Assembly: GCA_964016885.1 (NCBI GenBank)
Contig: OZ024748.1
Location: 57,040,001 to 57,104,000, forward strand
Reading direction: 5' to 3'
DNA: 64,000 nt
Origin: Eledone cirrhosa
Lineage: Eukaryota
Part shown: piece after piece, positions 55,559-64,000 of the stretch
Layout: each line of letters starts with the position of its first letter
Numbering within the stretch: the first letter of the stretch is position 1
Made by a program: the position numbers and the translations under genes
The notes under the pieces: generated by a model
What the model was told of the DNA's origin: nothing
Seen by the model: only the letters and a program-made list of their open reading frames with translations
The model's database searches: none

Positions 55559-56010
55559 ATCACACTGCATATAATGATATTTCTTATAGTCAAACTGCAG
55601 AATACACGTACTGACTCTGTATATAGTCACACTACATATAATAATATTTCTTATAGTCACACTACAAAGTACAAGTAATTATTCTGTATATAGTCACACT
55701 ACATATAATGATATTTCTTATAGTCACACTACAAAGTACAAGTAATTATTCTGTATATAGTCACACTACATATAATAATATTTCTTATAGTCACACTACA
55801 AAATACAAGTAATTATTCTGTATATAGTCACACTACAAAATACAAGTAATTATTCTGTATATAGTCACACTACATATAATGATATTTCTTATAGTCACAC
55901 TACAAAATACAAGTAATTATTCTGTATATAGTCACACTACAAAATACAAGTAATTATTCTGTATATAGTCACACTACATATAATAATATTTCTTATAGTC
56001 ACACTACAAA
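55559..56010. repeat. Two-monomer minisatellite (A ~30 bp, B ~37 bp)
   Basis: Both monomers start GTCACACTACA; order A-B-A-B-A-B-A-B-B-A-B-B-A. Confidence 0.9.
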
Positions 56011-56254
56011 GATTCTTCCATTTCCACTATAAGGACAGCAAAAACAAACAAATAAAGAAATAAATACGTGTATCTTATTACCGAGTCATCTTATCTAAGT
56101 CAGGCAGAAGAAATCAGTAATTGCTTTGGAATTAACAACAAAAATATTTACAACAATAACAACAAAAACAACAAACACAACAGCAACAACAAAAAACAAT
56201 ATTACCGAAGACGACAACGACAACAACAGCAATAATGACAATGATAATAACATT

Positions 56255-56285
<31 letters not shown>

Positions 56286-56302
56286 GCAGCAGCAGCAGGA
56301 CC

Positions 56303-56337
<35 letters not shown>

Positions 56338-56749
56338 AAGTAACAACAATTCTCAATTAATACAAAATGAAAACCCTGAAATAAAATAATGATGTGGAGG
56401 AGTTGTAAGATGAAGGCGATGACGATAATAATACTTCTATTCCTCCTACTCTTTCTCCTCCTCCTCATCCTCCTCACCTCTTCTCCCCTCCCCCTCCTCC
56501 TACCCTCCCCTACTAATACTAATACTAATACTACGACTATTAATGATAATTATTTTCTCCTTTTATAAGGTTTCTCCAGCAATCGGTTGCTAGGTGCAGT
56601 GTATGAATTGACCTCAGTAATTTCCCTGATCTTAGAGGCTCACTATATCATGTAGGATTCTGGCAGTGTTAAAGCTGATAGGAATTTGGCCACAGACTAT
56701 AAAGTCGGGTATCCCAAGTCTTTTGATGACAGACGCAAGACGTTTAGAC

Positions 56750-56917
56750 ACCGTGCCTAGCATCCCAGTGATTGTCACGACATCTGTCTCTACACAGTGA
56801 TCAGTTCTAATAGCGACTACAAGGGACCGGATACCTGGAAAGCCATCGCTGCAGGAGCTACAGAAAATTGTGTTAACTGGTACTGTCCATGTTCTAAGAA
56901 GGGCATTATCAATTTAA
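56750..56917 (+). pseudogene. Second R4/Dong-like RLE retrotransposon C-terminal relic
   Basis: IPVIV... then IPGKPSLQELQKIVLTGTVHVLRRALSI* (56831-56917), matching the 'QK.VL.GT..ILR..L' end of R4-clade ORFs. Confidence 0.65.
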
Positions 56918-57653
56918 AAGCTTTACAAGGACATTTACTGTTGTTTGTGGTCCCGTTTGTGTGACAATTGATTGTAAAATGGGTGTATTATGAAATTTTG
57001 CTTCAGGTGCTAATAAGGCATTATTTGGAAAGAAGCAGAACTCAAAGGAAGTTTCAGATCATAAGAATAATATTAAAGTAAAATGATAATGATTTCTTCA
57101 TTAACCACACAGGGATCACATTAAGAAAACATTAAAGACGGCATGAGGTGTACAGTGTGAGTTTTTTCTCTATGTGTAAAAGCAAAGATATTAATAAAAA
57201 TTAACAGACAAAGAGGAAGCAATAAGTTACCTATACTGAAAAAGACTGCCGTTCTGTGTGTTTGAAACTTTAGCATCAATCGACATTTTAGCCAAGAAAT
57301 AGCAACTACGTCGACCAAAAATGGCCGCCAATGTAAATCTCCGAGAACTGGTTTCATGGCCCAGGTAATGTACCAACGCAATTATACACCAGTCTTAACT
57401 CAAATTATTATTCCTATTGGTTATATACATATATATTATATATTTTTTACAATATTCTGTTTATATGGTGTGTTTTTTATTGTTGTTTTTCTTGGATTTA
57501 TGCCTTGTGAAGAAAAGCGATAGCAATTAAATGGCGTCTTCGTTTAAATCTGACACGAATTTCTAGATGTCTATTTTCCTCTGTCTTCTCCGACCTTCGA
57601 CAATATAGCACATATATATTAATCTCTACCTCTTCTATTTTTCAATCCCCCCC

Positions 57654-57705
<52 letters not shown>

Positions 57706-57967
57706 ACCATTCTATCTTTCTCATACTGTAGATGTAATTATATACAAATATACATATATATATACATATTTATATATATATAAATATGTACATGTATGTA
57801 TATATGTACATGCATATATATATATATATACAAATATATGTTAAAATATATACTGATAGACATGAGCTTTCTACCATGTCTGATTTTTTTCCATTATATT
57901 TAATCCCATTCATTTAAAAGTAAACTAAATACGATATAACTATGAAGACGGCATGCACTCTCTCGCA

Positions 57968-58000
<33 letters not shown>

Positions 58001-58011
58001 CATATATATAT

Positions 58012-58088
<77 letters not shown>

Positions 58089-58095
58089 TAGATAG

Positions 58096-58192
<97 letters not shown>

Positions 58193-58235
58193 TATATACA
58201 TATATATATATATATATAGATAGATAGATAGATAG

Positions 58236-58325
<90 letters not shown>

Positions 58326-58547
58326 ATATATATATAAGTATGTATGTATACATGGTTGTATTTCGATGCCAATATATATACGTTTACATGTATGCAGGGT
58401 GTATAAGTAATATATAGTTATTAAAAATTGACACGAAACAATGAAGCAGTAGATAATGTGTGATAATGATATTTTAGAAATATTACATCATATACACAAT
58501 GTGTTAAACATAATAGTTTCTATATATACATAAGTACATACATATAC

Positions 58548-58607
<60 letters not shown>

Positions 58608-58644
58608 TAATGATATAACATACAAAATGTGTACGCCCAAAGGC

Positions 58645-58742
<98 letters not shown>

Positions 58743-59014
58743 GTATATGTGTATATATGCCTCTGATGTGTCATTTAGTATATATCATATGACAATGTGT
58801 GCTGTACATGCATCAATGTGTGAGTGACAGTTAAGTTATTTGTAGAGCTATCATGTTGCGGAGATTTACATTAAATTTTTATACAATCTCGTTACTATCC
58901 AGATTAATATATCCGCTTCTATCTATCTTTCTATCTAACAATATATATATACGTACACTTCATAAGATTACGTCTATATATATATACATATCTGTGTGTG
59001 TGTATGTATATATA

Positions 59015-59046
<32 letters not shown>

Positions 59047-59139
59047 CTTACACACACACACAAACACACACATACACACACACACAGTTACATGTATATA
59101 TATATATATGTGTATGTGTGTATGTGTGTGTATATATAC

Positions 59140-59182
<43 letters not shown>

Positions 59183-59222
59183 TATATACTCACACTCACA
59201 CACAGAGTTGCATGTATATATG

Positions 59223-59253
<31 letters not shown>

Positions 59254-59383
59254 ATGTGTGTGCGTATACTCATACACCACCTACTTCATATATTGTGCTT
59301 CCTCTCTCTATATAGAAAGCTGTCTATTTACCTTTCCATCTACATTCTATATATATATATACATATATATACATATGTATATA

Positions 59384-59450
<67 letters not shown>

Positions 59451-59634
59451 GTATAAATATGTATGTATACATATGTATGTTAGCATATATTATTATTTGT
59501 GTAAAACTGATTTATTAACTACTCCCTTATCTATTTGTTCCACAATCATAAATATATATATATATTCATATATATATGTATGTATATATATATATATACC
59601 TATATATATATGTATATATATATATACCTATATA

Positions 59635-59694
<60 letters not shown>

Positions 59695-61210
59695 ATGTGT
59701 GTGCTTAACTTCAAATAATGGAATAAGTTAGTGTGCCGTAAGAAGGGAATTCCATATAATGATTTACATATTGATCTGTTCTTTACTGTGTGTTGCTTCG
59801 AATTTTTCACACATTAAATTCATCAATATATCTATATACAATCCCACATACATAGAAATACACACACTCACAAACACACACATAATTACATACATACATA
59901 CAAACCTACAAACATACATACCTACAAATATACATACCCACAAACATACATACATACACAGATGCACACACACAGACACACACACATATATACACATATA
60001 TGTATATGTATATATATATATGTATATGAATATGCATATATCGACATACATTCATATATATATATATATATGCATATGTACAAATATATCTATGTGTATA
60101 TGAATAAGTATATATCGACATATATTCATATATCTAACTATCTATCTATCTATCTATATGTGTGTGTGTGTATAAAGAGAGAGAGTGTGTGAAAGAGAGA
60201 GTGAGTGAAAGAGAGTGTAGGGGAGAGAGTGATAGACATATACGTAAATAATCCTTTTTCCCTAACCTTTCTCTATTTAAAGACACTAATCCGGTATGAG
60301 TAAGCTTTAATCAAGCCGGGATTATACGAAAGACGCCTATAAAATATATAAACTAGTCACGAAAATTGGATTTCAGAGTTGAGAAATAACGGCAGTTTGT
60401 GATGGAATATTTTGAACAAGATCTTCTCTGCTTATTCTTTGGAAAAAAAAAATATATATATATAAAGAAAAACATATGATGCGAATAATGATACGATCAA
60501 ATGTGAAGAAGAGCAAAGGAATGGAACTAAAACCCAACAAAAACAAAAACAAAAAGTAACATGAAGTAATCAAAGAATTGTAATTCAAAATAAATGCATT
60601 TCTCTTATATTTACAGCTCCTAATATCATAAAGGAATTTTCTGGTGGGTTTTCTTGTTGTTCTATTTCTTCTCGTTTAACCTCAGTTCAAACTTAGCCAA
60701 TCACTTCTCAATCTGGAGGAAATATGTTTTATCTAAGCACAGATGAAATGTGTTCAAGCCATCAACATCTCGTTCTTTTGTCTGTCTGGCATGAAATATT
60801 TATGTTTCAAATGTGTCTCCTGTGTTGTTTCTTTTTTATTCCTAATTTTCAGGTCGTGGACTTATATTTGCTGTTAGAATTTGGCTATAGTGTGTAGCAG
60901 GTCCAGTGATATATAGAAGTTCCATTGCAAACTCAGTCATATTTAGTTATTTAAGAAAAAGCTATTGATTTCCTTGTGAATTTGCTATTATTTTTAATGA
61001 AGAGATTTGTTTTTTGGTTTTTTGTTCCAGGTTATGAAAGACACAGGTAGACTCGCTCCATCATCCACTTCTAAAAAGAATATATCATACACAAAACGCC
61101 AACAGTTTTCCATGAGTTGGCAACATGAATGAACCTCTTATTTTTCACTAAAAACATTTTTTCCAATTCCACCCCGCCCGTCCCTTCAATCTATCTTATT
61201 TCTCATTCTT

Positions 61211-61246
61211 TCTTCTGATGAATTACTAGTATCCAAAACGTTAAGA
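61211..61246 (+). ncRNA. Degenerate minimal hammerhead-like motif
   Basis: TCTT-CTGATGA-attactagtatcc-AAAAC-GTT-AAGA; 4-bp stem I, palindromic AACGTT; G12 mutated and stem II decayed. Confidence 0.45.
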
Positions 61247-61666
61247 CCCCCTTCCTGCTATTTCAAGTGTTAACCTAATATATTCCTTCCATATATTGTA
61301 CCGATGGTGTTGTTATTTCTGTTTACCTTTTACATACATATATGTATATGATGAAAAACATTCCAGCTATGATCATACTGTCTTTATCTGGATCTACGTA
61401 GAGTAATATATATTTCCTTTATGGTTAACGTCGTAATAGATATGATTGTAAAATATCATATTAACTAGGCCCGAAACATTTTGTAAGGTAAATGAGCTAT
61501 CCACATTATATCAGGGATAGAACAGTTTCCGAAGGCATTTAATACATCTAAGTATAATAATCAACAGCTTTCTAGTTACGTCAGTATTTCCTCCAAAGTC
61601 ACCATACATATGACCGGAAAATACGAACACAACCTAGATGATGATGACAACATTATAAATACAAGT

Positions 61667-61933
61667 TGTACTGGGTAAATAAATAAATAAAATTTGTACT
61701 GAGTAAATAAATAAATAAAATTTGTACTGGGTAAATAAATAAATAAAATTTGTACTGGGTAAATAAATAAATAAAATTTGTACTGGGTAAATAAATAAAT
61801 AAAATTTGTACTGGGTAAATAAATAAATAAAATTTGTACTGGGTAAATAAATAAATAAAATTTGTACTGGGTAAATAAATAAATAAAATTTGTACTGGGT
61901 AATTGCTGGCCTTGTGCCGAACGTAGAAACAAT

Positions 61934-61935
<2 letters not shown>
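61667..61935 (+). repeat. 28-bp minisatellite (8 full copies plus a partial) running into a SINE family B 3' tail
   Basis: (TGTACTGGGTAAATAAATAAATAAAATT)n followed by TGTACTGGGTAATTGCTGGCCTTGTGCCGAACGTAGAAACAATTAT. Confidence 0.9.
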
Positions 61936-61993
<58 letters not shown>

Positions 61994-62155
61994 GTTGGCT
62001 GTGTGTATGTGTGTGTATATATATATGTGTGTGTGTGTGTAAATCAAGGACGGGTGGCATAGCATGGACATTGTCAGTAGGCTAGAATACGTAGAAGAGT
62101 GAAAAGGTGAAAGTTTATAAATTCACACACACACAAATATATATACATACACATG

Positions 62156-62272
<117 letters not shown>

Positions 62273-62377
62273 GACTGTGTGTGTGTGTGTACGCATGAGT
62301 GTATATATGTATGTACGTAAGTTTATATAAATATATTCATATATATATAAATGTATATATGAGTGCATCTGTGTGTG

Positions 62378-62426
<49 letters not shown>

Positions 62427-62807
62427 TTGTATGATGGTCGTACTTAAGTAAATGTAAATTTACGCGCAACAACAGTAAAGACATTTCAAAGCACACACAA
62501 ACACACACACACATAAACACACACATAAACACACACACATAAACCCCCCACCCCCACCCCACCCCACCCCACCCCACCCTCACACACACAAACACAACAT
62601 AAACACAACACACATTCATACAGACAGTGAAATCCACGGGAATCTGTCAAACATAAATAATTGCCGAAACGTCAATAGGATTCTATTTACAAGAAGTGAT
62701 TTCAATTACCATAGCTGCTTGGATGATTGATTGTATTGGTTGCTGTTAGGAGTTTCCAATCAATGGTCTCCAATCATGGTCATTGCATTGAATCAGACTT
62801 GTACACA

Positions 62808-62978
62808 CTTCTTCTTCTTCTGCTTCTTCTTCTTCTTCTTCGTAGTCTTCTTCGTAGTCTTCTTCTTCTTCCTCTTCTTCTTCTTCTTCTTATTATTATT
62901 ATTTATATTTTCCTTGTCTTCTTCTTCTTCTTCTTCTTCTTCTTCTTCTTCTTCTCCTCCTCCTTCTTCTTCTTCTTC

Positions 62979-63016
<38 letters not shown>
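62808..63016. repeat. (TTC)n/(TTA)n compound microsatellite
   Basis: Directly visible. Confidence 0.9.
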
Positions 63017-63174
63017 TATTTTTTCCTTGTCTTCTTCTTCTTGTTCTCTTTCTTTCTTTACCATTTATTTTACATTTCTTTATTTCTGTAATTTCTTCTA
63101 TCATATGTCTATTACTGTTTGAATTACAAAACTGCCAAACTACAGCCCTCACTGAAGTAAACACGAGCATTAGT

Positions 63175-63215
<41 letters not shown>

Positions 63216-63367
63216 GTACATATATATATTTATATATATATATATATATACTGTATATACATATATATATACATAAATGTATGTATATATAATTACATAT
63301 ATTTATATATATATACATAAATGTATGTATATATAATTACATATATTTATATATACATTCTTATCTC

Positions 63368-63497
<130 letters not shown>

Positions 63498-63658
63498 GTA
63501 TATATATATATATATGTATTCGTATATATATATATATATATATATAAATATATATAAACACATATATATATATTTATATATATAAACATATATATATATA
63601 TACATATGATAGATAGATATATACATATGTGTCGGTGTATATATATGTAGACATGTAC

Positions 63659-63689
<31 letters not shown>

Positions 63690-63883
63690 TGTGTGTATGT
63701 GTGTACGTATGTGTGTATGCATGAATGAATTTGCATGCATCAATTAAGCCACCTTAGACAACCTACTCATTTCCGAGACGAAAATATACACGAATATACA
63801 CGCATGCAGTAACGCTTATACGATTTCAATAATGATGGTGTATATAATATTAAATATTAATGGTAATGGTTAAAATAACATTG

Positions 63884-63974
<91 letters not shown>

Positions 63975-63998
63975 CAACAGCAGCAGCAGCAGCAGCAG
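63884..63998. repeat. (TAG)n then (CAG)n microsatellite
   Basis: Directly visible. Confidence 0.95.
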
Positions 63999-64000
63999 TG

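Noticed and set aside
55559-56010. CRISPR-like constant motif with intervening segments
   Set aside because: Only two recurring 'spacer' types, short repeat, eukaryotic context and no cas genes; it is a minisatellite.
61667-61902. 28-bp repeat array as CRISPR
   Set aside because: Head-to-tail units with no spacers.

Overview
This is AT-rich, microsatellite-saturated eukaryotic (metazoan) genomic DNA. The SINE types and repeat landscape suggest an octopus or other coleoid cephalopod, which is inference. I could not identify any host protein-coding exon, and nearly all ORF-track entries are translations of simple repeats. The interpretable content is mobile DNA. (1) Many short Penelope-like (PLE) terminal-repeat elements are anchored in (TA)n tracts, often as fold-back or inverted pairs with a one-sided tail. 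At least eight unrelated sequence families carry a type-I hammerhead-ribozyme-like fold (stem I-CUGANGA-stem II-GAAA-short, often palindromic stem III-NUH-stem I). There is also one open GIY-YIG endonuclease frame (41096-41581) that the ORF track missed. (2) A cluster of four Tx1/L1-type LINE pieces (43247-53183) has every intact end in (TATC)n, suggesting a GATA-microsatellite-targeting family; two diverged copies share an AG|GTAAGT motif at the end of ORF1. (3) Two hAT MITEs have perfect 8-bp TSDs, and there are two R4/Dong-like RLE relics, mariner relics, two tRNA-SINE families, several minisatellites and (TA)n-centred palindromes. All RNA folds were read by eye; no search or folding program was run.
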